Shown piece by piece: positions 7,332-17,481 of a stretch of DNA of 59,528 bases (position 1 is its first letter; every line of letters starts with the position of its first letter). Under the pieces are notes generated by a model that saw nothing but the letters and a program-made list of their open reading frames with translations, ran no database searches and was not told where the DNA came from. A program made the position numbers and the translations under genes. The stretch is from a virus. Lineage: Duplodnaviria; Caudoviricetes. The stretch spans positions 1 through 59,528 of IMG/VR virus record IMGVR_UViG_3300022822_000020; one strand, written 5' to 3'.

Positions 7332-9176
7332 ATGAAATTAATATTTGACATTGAAACAAATGGATTACTCCCTGAGCTAGATACAGTATGGATGATTTGT
7401 ACCTATGACATTGAAACAAAAGAAAGTAAAAGCTTTTGTGATCATGCTGTAGAATCAGGCTCTATCAAAGAGGGTTTGGCATATCTTGAAAAAGCAGAAA
7501 TGTTATCAGGTCACTTTATACTTGGCTTCGACCTGTTTGCTCTTAAAAAAGTCTATGGTTGGTTTCCTCGTAAAGAAGTTGTTCTTGTAGATACCCTGCT
7601 GTTAAGCCAAGTCTTAAATTACAAAAGGTTTTCTAATGGTAAGCATAACTTAGATACATGGGGTAAATTCTTTGGTCAAGAAAAACCACCACATGAAGAT
7701 TGGTTGAATTACTCTCCTGAGATGCTTCATCGATGTAAGGAAGACGTAGGGATTAACACTAAGGTTTATCAACATTTAATGTATGAGTTAAAGAGTGCAC
7801 ACGTTGATAAACTACCCCTTATTAAACTTTCTCTACGTAACGAGCATGATACGCTGTTATTTTGCTCTATGGCAAAAGAAACAGGTTGGCGGTTTGACGT
7901 AGTAAGTGGGAATGGTCTTCTAGTTGATATGGAAGCTAGAATGAAGATAGTAGAAGATATTGTAAATCCCCTACTTGATCTTCGAGTGAAAAAGCTAGAC
8001 ACTGAGCCTAAGAAGGTTAAGTTTTTAAAGAGTGGATTATATCCTGCACATATTGCTAAATATTTTAGCGTTACACAGGAAAGTGCTTTAGAAGATCGGC
8101 CTATTATGGGTGATCACTCTCGTATTGAGTTTATTAAACCAGATATCGGTAACATTGATTCCGTTAAAGAACATCTGTATACTATCGGATGGGTGCCGGA
8201 TGATTGGAACTGGAAAAAAGAAGGTCGAGAATTCATTAAGGTTTCTGCAAAGTTAACAAGTAGTTCTCTTGAGCCTCTTGGTGAATTCGGTAAACACATA
8301 GACGACTACTACACTATTCGTTCACGACACAGTATTCTAAAAGGCTGGCTTGAACTTGTAGACAAAGACGGATTTCTACACGGTGATTGTTTTACTATCG
8401 GTACACCTACTTCTAGAGCTAGACACTCAATAATAGCTAACGTTCCCTCTGGAGGTTCAATGTATGGTAATGAGATACGTAAACTGTTTATTGCCAGAGA
8501 AGGTCATTCTATCATTGGTGCGGACTCCTCTGGTAACCAATTTAGGGCGTTGTGTCATTACTTAAAGAATGACGACTATACAAACGAAGTCCTTAATGGA
8601 GATGTTCACCAAAAGAACGCAGATGTACTTAGTAGTATTCTTGAAGAAGAAGTAGCTAGGCGTATAGCAAAGCCATTCATTTACGCTTACTTATTCGGCG
8701 GAGGCGGTGAGAAGCTATCCTTAATCCTAAAAGGTAAGCGAGATAAAAAGCTAGGTAACAAAGTAAAGTTAGAGTTTGCTAAACGTATTCCCGGATTACA
8801 CGAGTTAATTACTAAGATTGGTATCATATACCGTAGTACAGAACAACAAGGTCATCCTTGGATACCCGGTTTAGATGGCACAAAAGTTTATTGTGAGTCG
8901 CCACATAAGGCGTTAAATTACTTACTACAAAAGTTTGAAGCTGTAACGTGTAAAGCGGCTACTGCTCAAATTAAAAATAAATTAGAAGAAGAAAATATAC
9001 CGTATTTCCCTCTTATCTTCTATCATGACGAAGTTGAGTTTGAAGTACCTAATGAGTATGCTGAACGAGCCAGCGTGATTGCAAAAGAAGCTTTTAGAGA
9101 TGCCCCTAAGATGTTCAATGCGGTTATTATGGACGGCGAAGCTAAGATTGGTTTTGATTGGTATGATGTTCACTAA
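7332..9176 (+). CDS. Family A DNA polymerase with 3'-5' exonuclease (T7 gp5-like)
   Basis: ExoI FDIETNG, GHFILGFD, GTPTSRARHS, motif A DSSGNQFR, motif B RRIAKPFIYAYLFG, motif C YHDEV. Confidence 0.95.
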   Translation: MKLIFDIETNGLLPELDTVWMICTYDIETKESKSFCDHAVESGSIKEGLAYLEKAEMLSGHFILGFDLFALKKVYGWFPRKEVVLVDTLLLSQVLNYKRFSNGKHNLDTWGKFFGQEKPPHEDWLNYSPEMLHRCKEDVGINTKVYQHLMYELKSAHVDKLPLIKLSLRNEHDTLLFCSMAKETGWRFDVVSGNGLLVDMEARMKIVEDIVNPLLDLRVKKLDTEPKKVKFLKSGLYPAHIAKYFSVTQESALEDRPIMGDHSRIEFIKPDIGNIDSVKEHLYTIGWVPDDWNWKKEGREFIKVSAKLTSSSLEPLGEFGKHIDDYYTIRSRHSILKGWLELVDKDGFLHGDCFTIGTPTSRARHSIIANVPSGGSMYGNEIRKLFIAREGHSIIGADSSGNQFRALCHYLKNDDYTNEVLNGDVHQKNADVLSSILEEEVARRIAKPFIYAYLFGGGGEKLSLILKGKRDKKLGNKVKLEFAKRIPGLHELITKIGIIYRSTEQQGHPWIPGLDGTKVYCESPHKALNYLLQKFEAVTCKAATAQIKNKLEEENIPYFPLIFYHDEVEFEVPNEYAERASVIAKEAFRDAPKMFNAVIMDGEAKIGFDWYDVH

Positions 9177-9186
9177 AGGAAATAAA

Positions 9187-9738
9187 ATGTTTGATAACCT
9201 GAATAATATTAAGCTAGAAAAAGAAATCGGTCAACTTTTCTTGGAAATACTACAGAAAGAAGATCCAAACGCAGCACTTGCGGGTGGTGCATTACGTAAT
9301 TGGGATGAGGGAAAATCTTGTAACGATTTTGATTACTTTATGAATATGCCTTCTCATATGAGTCTAGGGCAGATGCGTAAAAAGTTAGAAGTTATTTGCG
9401 GTAGGTCTGTTAGTATTCTTTCAGATGAAGCATATCTATTCTCAACTGAAGCAAAGAAAGCTATCTCTGGTGTATTTGAAGTTCAATTACTTTCTAAGAC
9501 TGTTCAGATTATTGTGTTGAATAACATGCGTGTTGGGGAGTATATTTTTAAACACTTTCCAGTTAGCAATTCACAAATTTGGAGTTACGATTGTAAAAAT
9601 TTAGGCGTAATCAAATCAGACTTGTATGATTACGGTAAGAAATATAATTGTATTTTTGTATCTAAAGATATCTCTGCAACATACTACGAGAAAATCAAGA
9701 GCTACTATCCTAACAAAACAATGTTGTTTAGCACTTGA
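9187..9738 (+). CDS. Nucleotidyltransferase-fold protein (CCA/poly(A) polymerase head-like)
   Basis: LAGGALR...NDFDYF motif; SD AAGGA favours ATG 9187 over track start 9079. Confidence 0.65.
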   Translation: MFDNLNNIKLEKEIGQLFLEILQKEDPNAALAGGALRNWDEGKSCNDFDYFMNMPSHMSLGQMRKKLEVICGRSVSILSDEAYLFSTEAKKAISGVFEVQLLSKTVQIIVLNNMRVGEYIFKHFPVSNSQIWSYDCKNLGVIKSDLYDYGKKYNCIFVSKDISATYYEKIKSYYPNKTMLFST

Positions 9739-10154
9739 AACACAAGAAATATGATATCCTTTACATGGATATTGCTAAACGGATAGCGCAGATGTCTTTC
9801 GCTGTAAAGCGCAAAGTAGGTGCTATTGCAGTTAAAGACGACAATATCCTAGGTTTTGGTTTTAACGGTATGCCAGCAGGTTTTAATAACACCTGTGAGC
9901 ATACTCTTGAAGATGGTAAATTAAAAACTAACACGGAAGTACTTCATGCAGAAACAAACCTAGTAGCTAAGCTATCAAGAAGTTCCTTAAGCCTAGAGGA
10001 CGCAACAGTATATGTTACAGCAGCACCTTGTATTAAGTGTGCAGTGTTGTTGTCACAGACAAGAATCAAACAAGTGTATTTTGATGAATATTTCTCAAAT
10101 GATGAGGGTATTTATCTACTAAACAAAGTCGGAATTGGAGTAAGTAAATTATGA
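9735..10154 (+). CDS. dCMP deaminase
   Basis: KVGAI, GFNGMPAG, HAETN, PCIKC zinc motifs. Confidence 0.9.
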   Translation: MKHKKYDILYMDIAKRIAQMSFAVKRKVGAIAVKDDNILGFGFNGMPAGFNNTCEHTLEDGKLKTNTEVLHAETNLVAKLSRSSLSLEDATVYVTAAPCIKCAVLLSQTRIKQVYFDEYFSNDEGIYLLNKVGIGVSKL

Positions 10155-10396
10155 AAACAGCATTTAACACATTCGTTCACAAAACACCAGCATCAACCTT
10201 GAGCTACTGCCCAGAAGACACACATGTGTACTTGAGTTTTGTTGATCGTAACGTAACGATTAAGTACCCTTTAAATTCAGATCGCGGTGCTTATCTTTCT
10301 CGCCTTGCTCAGAAACGCGGTGTGCGAAAAGTAACAAAGATTCGCAATGAAGAATCTACTAACCCTGTTGCATTTAAGCAGCTTTCATTGTTTTAA
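10151..10396 (+). CDS. Hypothetical protein
   Basis: ORF track; overlapping start/stop on both sides. Confidence 0.65.
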   Translation: MKTAFNTFVHKTPASTLSYCPEDTHVYLSFVDRNVTIKYPLNSDRGAYLSRLAQKRGVRKVTKIRNEESTNPVAFKQLSLF

Positions 10397-11079
10397 TGAT
10401 AGCACTTATTGATGGTGACGTTCTAATCTATCAGTCTTTATGGGGTTCAACATCTCTTAAAGACTGCATTACTAAATTAGAAGAACTAATAACTAACTGT
10501 ATAGAATCAACATTCAGTGACGATTACTTAATTGCTGTTGGAAGCCCTAAAAACTTTCGTGATATTCTTTATCCAGAATACAAACAAACAGCGGGTCGTG
10601 TAAAAGCAAGACAGAACAAGTCTGAATATTTTGATGATTTAAAAGAATACTTAATTACTAGAGAGAATACTGTACAAGCGATTGGTTTTGAAGCTGATGA
10701 CTTATTACGTATTTGGTCAGAACAAGCAAATGAACCCTTTATTGTTTGTTCAGTAGATAAAGACTTAAAATGTATCTCTGGATTACATTGGGATTTACGA
10801 AAACAAGTTGTAGATAAGGTTGACAAAGATCGTGCTAACTCTTTCTATTGGAAGCAGATATTAATGGGTGACCCTGTTGATAACATTCCGGGCATTGAAA
10901 GGGTTGGCCCTAAAACGGCTGAGAGAATCTTAGAAGGGCTAACTACAGATGAGCAACGTAAAGAAGTAGTTATTTCAAAGTACAAAGAGGTATACGGTGA
11001 ACTTTGGGAAAGTCACTTACTAATGAATGGGCGATTAATACATCTTTGGAGGTTTGAACATGACTACTTTACAATCTAA
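10396..11079 (+). CDS. 5'-3' exonuclease (T7 gp6/FEN-like)
   Basis: LIDGD, NFR..LYPEYK, EADD, DKDL, GDPVDNIPGIERVGPKTA. Confidence 0.92.
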   Translation: MIALIDGDVLIYQSLWGSTSLKDCITKLEELITNCIESTFSDDYLIAVGSPKNFRDILYPEYKQTAGRVKARQNKSEYFDDLKEYLITRENTVQAIGFEADDLLRIWSEQANEPFIVCSVDKDLKCISGLHWDLRKQVVDKVDKDRANSFYWKQILMGDPVDNIPGIERVGPKTAERILEGLTTDEQRKEVVISKYKEVYGELWESHLLMNGRLIHLWRFEHDYFTI

Positions 11080-11506
11080 TGGTCATTGGGATTTCTCTTA
11101 CAAAATTGATATTAATAAGGTACATGGTTTTGTATACATTATCAAAAATACTGAATCTAAAATGATGTATATTGGTAAAAAGATTGTAAAAGGGGGTGGT
11201 AAGAAGAACAAAGGCGTTGAAAGCAACTGGAAATCTTACACTAGCTCAAGTAAAACAATTAATGAAGATATACAGAAAAACGGAAAAGATAACTACAATT
11301 TTTATATTTTAGACACCTATAACACAAAAGGTGGTTTATCATGGGCTGAAACATGGTCTCAATGTATAGTAGAAGTACCAAGCAACAATCTAGTTTGGTA
11401 CAATAGATTTATTGATAAAGTAAGCTGGCGATCGTCAGAGCATATCTCTAAACTCCATAAAACACGGTTAAAAAAATTAACTAAGGAATTTAATGTTGTA
11501 TATTAG
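11054..11506 (+). CDS. GIY-YIG family endonuclease
   Basis: GFVYII...MYIGKK, WKSYTSSS, WYN motifs. Confidence 0.75.
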   Translation: MNMTTLQSNGHWDFSYKIDINKVHGFVYIIKNTESKMMYIGKKIVKGGGKKNKGVESNWKSYTSSSKTINEDIQKNGKDNYNFYILDTYNTKGGLSWAETWSQCIVEVPSNNLVWYNRFIDKVSWRSSEHISKLHKTRLKKLTKEFNVVY

Positions 11507-11669
11507 TGCTTTTGTTACGGCTTCAATAGCTGTGATACTTCTTATTGCTCAAACAATTCGTATCTTGTTTGACCTAGATTTGATTATGCCTTCAGCTGAT
11601 CTTATAGTAATAACTCTTACTTCGCTCGTAGCCTCTAATATCTGTATACAAATAGCAAAGAGCAGCTAG
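11493..11669 (+). CDS. Small membrane protein, 58 aa (MLYISAFVTASIAVILLIAQ...)
   Basis: SD AAGGA, ATG 11493, TAG 11667-11669; fills the gap before the primase. Confidence 0.6.
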   Translation: MLYISAFVTASIAVILLIAQTIRILFDLDLIMPSADLIVITLTSLVASNICIQIAKSS

Positions 11670-11672
11670 TAT

Positions 11673-13292
11673 ATGGGAAAGATAGTTCAGAAAGATCAAC
11701 CATGTTTATTGTGTACAAGTAGTGATGCTAGGCAAGTATATGATGATGGCGGATCTCATTGTTTTTCTTGCGGTAAACATTTTTTTGCAGATAACCAATT
11801 AACTAGCTTTGAGGAAACTACAGTGACTAACAAAAGGCTATCTCTTAGTGAGATTCAAGAGCTGAAGTCTAATACTTTTCATGATCGTAAGATTTCTAAG
11901 TTTGTAACTAACTTTTTTGAAGTTAAAGCAAGTTACGATGAAGAAGGTGAAATCGATACTCACTATTATCCCTACGGCGAATCAGAAATAACAAGCTATA
12001 AGATTAGAAAGCTACCCAAAGAGTTTTCGGCTACTGGTAAATTAGATACTCTTTTTGGTCAAAGTAAATTTAACGGCGGTAAACAGTTGATTATTACTGA
12101 GGGAGAGCTAGATGCTTTGTCTGTTGCTCAAGCTTGGTATGATAAACATAAAACAATTTATCCGGTTGTATCAATTTCAGGCGCTACTAATCTTAAGCCA
12201 TTGCTTACGTACCGAGATTGGATTCGTAATTTTGGTAAAGTAGTTATTTGGTTTGATAATGATGAAGCCGGTAAAAAAGCAGCTGAAGAAGCCGCAAAAA
12301 TTATTGGTGCTGATAAGGTTTATATAGCTAAAACTTCTGAGAAAGATGCTTCTGATACCTTAGCTAAATACGGTGATAAGGGTGTATTAAACGCAATCTA
12401 TGATGCTTCCCGCTGGAGCCCTTCCGGTCTTGTTAGCTCAGCCGACACATGGGATATTTATAAAGAAGAACAAGGTGCTGAGTATATACCTTATCCTGAA
12501 TTTGCGGGTGAGTTAAATAACAAGCTTTATGGTAGACGTTTAGGTTCTATTACAATGCTTACGTCAGGCACCGGTATGGGTAAGACTTCCTTTGTTAAAG
12601 AAGATCAATACCATTTACTTAAGACTACTGAAGACTTAATTGGTATTTGCTCACTTGAAGAATCTGTTGGTGAAGCAGTAAAAAATATCATGGCGCTGGA
12701 AGCTAATCAGCGTATTCAGTTACCTGATGTTGAGATTAGTGAAGAAGAAGAACGTAAATTATGGGAAGCTACAATGGGGACTAACCGCTTTGTATTCCTT
12801 GACCATCAAGGTAGCTTAGGTGACGAGTCCTTAATCAGTAAGATGGAGTACATGGCCCTTATGGGTTGTAAGTATATCTACCTTGATCACATTACTATCG
12901 CTGTTTCGGAATCAGAGGATGGTAAAGTTAACACAGCCATTGATAAAATGATGTCTGACTTACTTAAGCTAGCAAAGAGACACAATATATGGATTGGTGT
13001 AGTTTCGCATTTACGTAAAACAAGCACTAACCAAAAATCTTTTGAAGAAGGTGCAATACCCTCCGATGATGACCTAAAGGGTTCTGGTTCGTTAAAACAG
13101 GTACCTATGCAAATCCTTGCAATCTCAAGAAATAAAATGGAAACAGATGTGAATAAACGTAACACTTCTTACTTATGGATTCTGAAAGACCGATTCACAG
13201 GTCGCACAGGTCCAGCTGGTTCTTACCTGTTTAACGAACAGACAGGTAGGCTACAAAATAATAAGTTTGTTGAAGAAAGCTTTGACCTATGA
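11673..13292 (+). CDS. DNA primase/helicase (T7 gp4-like)
   Basis: Zn finger CLLC..CFSC, TOPRIM EGELD / FDND, Walker A SGTGMGKT, LDHIT, VSHLRK, LKGSGSLKQ, KDRFTG. Confidence 0.95.
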   Translation: MGKIVQKDQPCLLCTSSDARQVYDDGGSHCFSCGKHFFADNQLTSFEETTVTNKRLSLSEIQELKSNTFHDRKISKFVTNFFEVKASYDEEGEIDTHYYPYGESEITSYKIRKLPKEFSATGKLDTLFGQSKFNGGKQLIITEGELDALSVAQAWYDKHKTIYPVVSISGATNLKPLLTYRDWIRNFGKVVIWFDNDEAGKKAAEEAAKIIGADKVYIAKTSEKDASDTLAKYGDKGVLNAIYDASRWSPSGLVSSADTWDIYKEEQGAEYIPYPEFAGELNNKLYGRRLGSITMLTSGTGMGKTSFVKEDQYHLLKTTEDLIGICSLEESVGEAVKNIMALEANQRIQLPDVEISEEEERKLWEATMGTNRFVFLDHQGSLGDESLISKMEYMALMGCKYIYLDHITIAVSESEDGKVNTAIDKMMSDLLKLAKRHNIWIGVVSHLRKTSTNQKSFEEGAIPSDDDLKGSGSLKQVPMQILAISRNKMETDVNKRNTSYLWILKDRFTGRTGPAGSYLFNEQTGRLQNNKFVEESFDL

Positions 13293-13492
13293 TCATAACA
13301 GTTTATATAGTGAATAAAGAGTACGATCGTAATGTATACGAGTTTGACGCTGACGAAATAGAAACAGCGTTAGAGCTAGTCAAATCCTTAGAGAAAAAGA
13401 ATATTAATTGTATACTTTATCTCGCTTCAGATATAAACAAATCTGATTTGCACCCCTCATTAATGAAACTTAGAAAAGATATTAAATGTTAA
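13289..13492 (+). CDS. Hypothetical protein
   Basis: ORF track; ATGA overlap. Confidence 0.6.
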   Translation: MIITVYIVNKEYDRNVYEFDADEIETALELVKSLEKKNINCILYLASDINKSDLHPSLMKLRKDIKC

Positions 13493-13725
13493 CAAAAGAA
13501 AAACTAGAAAATTACTATAATTTAATTATTAAGAATTTTGAGGATGAAGACGAGATTGTTTACTTCTTAAATAAACCAGAGTTGTTGCGTAAATTCGATG
13601 ACAAGGATCGCGAGTGGCTAGTTATGAAATGGCTACATGAGCAAGGGTGGGTAGAAGTAATTGAAGACGCTCATCAATCTCCTGAAGTCATGGAACTAGG
13701 TTGGGAGACACCAGATGCTGCATAA
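13486..13725 (+). CDS. Hypothetical protein
   Basis: ORF track; overlapping chain of genes. Confidence 0.6.
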   Translation: MLTKEKLENYYNLIIKNFEDEDEIVYFLNKPELLRKFDDKDREWLVMKWLHEQGWVEVIEDAHQSPEVMELGWETPDAA

Positions 13726-15721
13726 CGGTATTGAGATTGACCTAATACGAGATGATTTACTAGCAGACTACTCTAAAAGTATGGTGCTAGAGTTTTATGC
13801 TGCCAAGGGTGAGACATCTCCGCAGCAAGTATACGCAAGAGCAGCAAAGGCTTGGAGCACTTACAAAGGTGTTACTGACTTTGAAATGGCTCAACGTATT
13901 TACGAATATGTATCTAAGAAATGGTTTATGTTTGCTTCTCCGGTGTTATCTAATGCACCTAATGAAGAGGGTACTGTAAAGGGGTTACCTATCTCTTGCT
14001 TCCTAGCCTATGTACCAGACACAGTAGAAGGCTTGATTTCGCACTCAAGCGAATTACGTTGGCTGTCTGTTATGGGTGGGGGTGTAGGCGGTCACTGGGG
14101 TGACGTTCGCTCAGTATCAGAGATTGCACCCGGTCCAATTCCATTCTTGCACACAGTTGATGCTGATATGACTGCCTATCGCCAAGGTAAAACACGCAAG
14201 GGTTCCTACGCTGCATACCTTGATATTGAGCACCCTGAGATTATTGAGTTTATGAGTTTGAGAGTACCTACTGGTGATAACAATCGTAAAGCCTTTAACA
14301 TCCATAATGCAGTAAACATCTCTGATGACTTCATGCAAAAAGTTGTTAATGATCTTGAGTATGAACTCATTGATCCAAAGAAAGGGCCAACAGGAGAATT
14401 CTTAAATGCTCGTAAAACATGGCAACAGCTATTAGAGATTCGTTTCCGTACTGGTGAGCCTTACCTTAATTTTATTGATGCAGCTAACCGAGGCTTGCCT
14501 GAAGCATTAAAGTCTAAAGGTTTAAAAATTCATGGTAGTAATCTATGTAATGAGATTCACTTACCAACAAATGAAGATCGTACAGCCGTATGCTGTTTAA
14601 GCTCAGTTAACCTAGAGTACTATGAAGATTGGAAAGATACGAACATGGTCAATGACTTGATTCGTATGTTAGATAACGTACTAGAATACTTTATTGAACA
14701 CTGTCCAGAAAGTTTATTGCGAGCTAAATACTCAGCAATGATGGAGAGATCTCTGGGTTTAGGAGCAATGGGTTTTCATAGCTATTTACAGCGACATAAT
14801 CTAGCGTTTAGTAGTAATAAAGCTAATATTCATAACCAAAATATGTTTAGCGATATTAAAACTAAAGCAGTTAACGAAACCAAAAAGTTAGCTGTTGAAC
14901 GCGGTGAAGCAGGGGATTTAGTTGGTTATGGTGTTCGTAATGCTCACCTACTAGCTGTTGCACCTAATGCTTCTTCTGGTATCATTTTAAGTACATCACC
15001 TAGCACAGAGCCGCATAAAGCAAATGCCTATACCCATCGTACTAGAGCTGGTTCATTTCTGGTGAAAAACAAGTATCTAACAAGGAAGCTTCAAGAGCTA
15101 GAAAAAGATAATGAAGAGGTATGGAATAGTGTTATTACTAACGGTGGTTCTGTAGCACAGCTAGAGTTCCTTGATGACCACACTAAAGCAGTGTTTGAGA
15201 CTAGCTTTGAGATTAATCAGTCTTCAATTATTGAATTAGCGGCTACTCGTCAGAAATTTATTTGTCAAGGTCAATCTGTAAATTTATTCTTCCCTGCGGG
15301 TATAAGTCGCGGGTATGTAAATAAAGTCCATTTAGACGCTTGGAAAAAAGGCTTAAAAGGTTTGTACTACTTACGTACAGAAGCTAAACAAAGAGCAGAA
15401 AATGTTTCTCAAGGTGTTGAACGTAATGCGTTAGCAGACAACAAAGAAACTATTATTTATGGTAAAAAGAATTGTCCATTTTGTGAGTCTGCAAAGGCTT
15501 TACTAGATCGACACAGTATTGTGTATAGTTATATAGATATCCAAGAAGCAGGTAAGACTGCTGCTGAAGTAACAGGACGAGCAGATGTTCGTACAGTACC
15601 CCAGATATATCTAGAGGGTCGTTATATCGGTGGTTTTGAGCAATTACAAAAAGAACTAGCCATTAAGGTTGATAATACTACAACGGAGGAATCAGATGAG
15701 TGTTTAGCTTGTCAAGGATAA
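13715..15721 (+). CDS. nrdA: Class Ia ribonucleotide reductase alpha subunit with fused glutaredoxin domain
   Basis: PISCF, GSNLCNEI, VCCLSS, APNASS, GLKGLYY; then CPFC...TVPQIY...IGGF glutaredoxin; terminal ECLACQG. Confidence 0.95.
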   Translation: MLHNGIEIDLIRDDLLADYSKSMVLEFYAAKGETSPQQVYARAAKAWSTYKGVTDFEMAQRIYEYVSKKWFMFASPVLSNAPNEEGTVKGLPISCFLAYVPDTVEGLISHSSELRWLSVMGGGVGGHWGDVRSVSEIAPGPIPFLHTVDADMTAYRQGKTRKGSYAAYLDIEHPEIIEFMSLRVPTGDNNRKAFNIHNAVNISDDFMQKVVNDLEYELIDPKKGPTGEFLNARKTWQQLLEIRFRTGEPYLNFIDAANRGLPEALKSKGLKIHGSNLCNEIHLPTNEDRTAVCCLSSVNLEYYEDWKDTNMVNDLIRMLDNVLEYFIEHCPESLLRAKYSAMMERSLGLGAMGFHSYLQRHNLAFSSNKANIHNQNMFSDIKTKAVNETKKLAVERGEAGDLVGYGVRNAHLLAVAPNASSGIILSTSPSTEPHKANAYTHRTRAGSFLVKNKYLTRKLQELEKDNEEVWNSVITNGGSVAQLEFLDDHTKAVFETSFEINQSSIIELAATRQKFICQGQSVNLFFPAGISRGYVNKVHLDAWKKGLKGLYYLRTEAKQRAENVSQGVERNALADNKETIIYGKKNCPFCESAKALLDRHSIVYSYIDIQEAGKTAAEVTGRADVRTVPQIYLEGRYIGGFEQLQKELAIKVDNTTTEESDECLACQG

Positions 15722-15722
15722 T

Positions 15723-16670
15723 ATGTCACTACTACAATTTTCAAAAACATACAAGCCATTTTCACAAGAATGGGCTGTAGATCTAACTAAAAAGCATGAA
15801 GAAATTCACTGGGTCGAAGAAGAAGCAGATTTGTCAGAAGACGTCAATGACTGGCGTATCAAACTCACAAGTCAAGAAAAAGAGTTCATTACTCACATTC
15901 TACGGTTGTTCACTCAAGGAGACGTTCAAGTTGGCCAAAACTATTATGATTACCTTATTCCGAAGTTTAAGAATAACGAAGTCCGAGTTATGCTTGGTTC
16001 TTTCGCTGGTCGCGAAGGCACACACCAGCGAGCATATGCGCTTCTAAATGACACGCTAGGGTTACCTGATGAAGAATATCATAAGTTTCTTGAGTATAAA
16101 GAAATGTCAGATAAGATTGATTTTATGTCTGATAATGATACAACTTCACAAACAGGTATTGCTTTAGCATTAGCTAAAGGTGTATTCAATGAAGGTGTAG
16201 GCTTGTTCGCTTCATTTGTAATGCTGCTTAACTTGCAACGTTTTGGTAAAATGAAAGGCATGGGTACTATTGTTGAATGGAGTATTCGGGATGAGACTTT
16301 ACATGTAGAGGGTGGTGCAAAGCTATTTAAACAGTTTTGTGCTGAACACCCACGTATTATTAACGATGAACTTAAATCAAAGATTTATGCATTGGCAACA
16401 GTAGCAGTAGAATTAGAAGATAAGTTTATTGATCTTGCTTTTGAATCTAATACTGTTCAAGGTTTAACCTCAGAAGAAACAAAGCAGTATATCCGCTTTA
16501 TTGCAGATAGGCGCTTACTACAGCTAGGTCTAAAGACTATCTTTAAGGTTAAGGAGAATCCTCTGCCTTGGCTAAATTGGATCTTAAACGCAGTTTCTCA
16601 TGATAACTTTTTTGAGAAGCGAGTAACAGAATATTCCGTAAATGGGATGGTAGGAGACTGGGAATGGTAA
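15723..16670 (+). CDS. nrdB: Class Ia ribonucleotide reductase beta subunit
   Basis: FTQGD, EGTHQRAY (radical Tyr), NEGVGLFASF, RDETLH, NFFEKRVTEY. Confidence 0.95.
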   Translation: MSLLQFSKTYKPFSQEWAVDLTKKHEEIHWVEEEADLSEDVNDWRIKLTSQEKEFITHILRLFTQGDVQVGQNYYDYLIPKFKNNEVRVMLGSFAGREGTHQRAYALLNDTLGLPDEEYHKFLEYKEMSDKIDFMSDNDTTSQTGIALALAKGVFNEGVGLFASFVMLLNLQRFGKMKGMGTIVEWSIRDETLHVEGGAKLFKQFCAEHPRIINDELKSKIYALATVAVELEDKFIDLAFESNTVQGLTSEETKQYIRFIADRRLLQLGLKTIFKVKENPLPWLNWILNAVSHDNFFEKRVTEYSVNGMVGDWEW

Positions 16671-16915
16671 TAGAGAATAGTGACTACGAACACTTTAAGA
16701 ATACAGTATGTGGGCAATTAGAGTCTACAGAGTTCTTCCAACTACAAACAACCGATCAGGGTAGGTACGAAGCGTATGAGGCGGTCTCAATTTCTATTCT
16801 TGATGCTGCTAAAACAGTTGATGAAGAAGCGTTCTTATACGAAAGCCTAGATACCTTACTTGATGAAAAAGCAAAACTATACGGAGTTACAAGAGAAGAT
16901 GAACAATCAATCTGA
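16664..16915 (+). CDS. Hypothetical protein
   Basis: ORF track; SD GGAG upstream. Confidence 0.6.
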   Translation: MVIENSDYEHFKNTVCGQLESTEFFQLQTTDQGRYEAYEAVSISILDAAKTVDEEAFLYESLDTLLDEKAKLYGVTREDEQSI

Positions 16916-17066
16916 AGAAAAGCAGTTACTACACGACTTTGAAAAAGAAAATCGAAGGTATGGTGAAGAAAATCACCGTAAAAAGATGACCCCTTATAAG
17001 CGAGTACAGAACAAGCAAGATTATTCAGAATTACTCGAAGAAGAAGAATATGACAACGATCTATAA
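16899..17066 (+). CDS. Small charged hypothetical protein
   Basis: Track ORF 16860..17066; likely ATG 16899. Confidence 0.55.
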   Translation: MNNQSEEKQLLHDFEKENRRYGEENHRKKMTPYKRVQNKQDYSELLEEEEYDNDL

Positions 17067-17481
17067 TAAGTTAATAGAGAAATATAAAGAGCTTAAGGGT
17101 TTAGTTATTTCTATTGACGAATTAACAGCAGAAAGTGAAGAACTAGCATACGAGTTATTTCTTAATGGCTCAAAGGTTATTGTACCGCATAGAAGCTCTC
17201 TTGACGCGAAAAGAACTTCTGATTCTCTTAGCACGAAAATTGCGAGACTATCTGGTTCAGCTTTACGATATCAAGTATCTAATCACGCAAGCGTGTATCA
17301 ACAAAAAGCGGACTTAATGATCTGTTTCAACAAAGGAAAATTCGATGAAAAATATAGCGGAGCAAAACAGTTCTACTACGTTGAAGACTATAATGTCACA
17401 AATGAAGAGTTCTCGGAAACCAGTCAGCAAGACGAATCGAAACCTAAGAGGGGGCGTAAGCCAGGAACTAGAACTCTTTGA
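17050..17481 (+). CDS. Hypothetical protein with basic C-terminus (KPKRGRKPG)
   Basis: ORF track. Confidence 0.6.
   Translation: MTTIYNKLIEKYKELKGLVISIDELTAESEELAYELFLNGSKVIVPHRSSLDAKRTSDSLSTKIARLSGSALRYQVSNHASVYQQKADLMICFNKGKFDEKYSGAKQFYYVEDYNVTNEEFSETSQQDESKPKRGRKPGTRTL

Noticed and set aside
11054-11506. Intron-encoded homing endonuclease or mobile element
   Set aside because: Free-standing short GIY-YIG gene; the flanking genes are intact and no intron or intein is evident.
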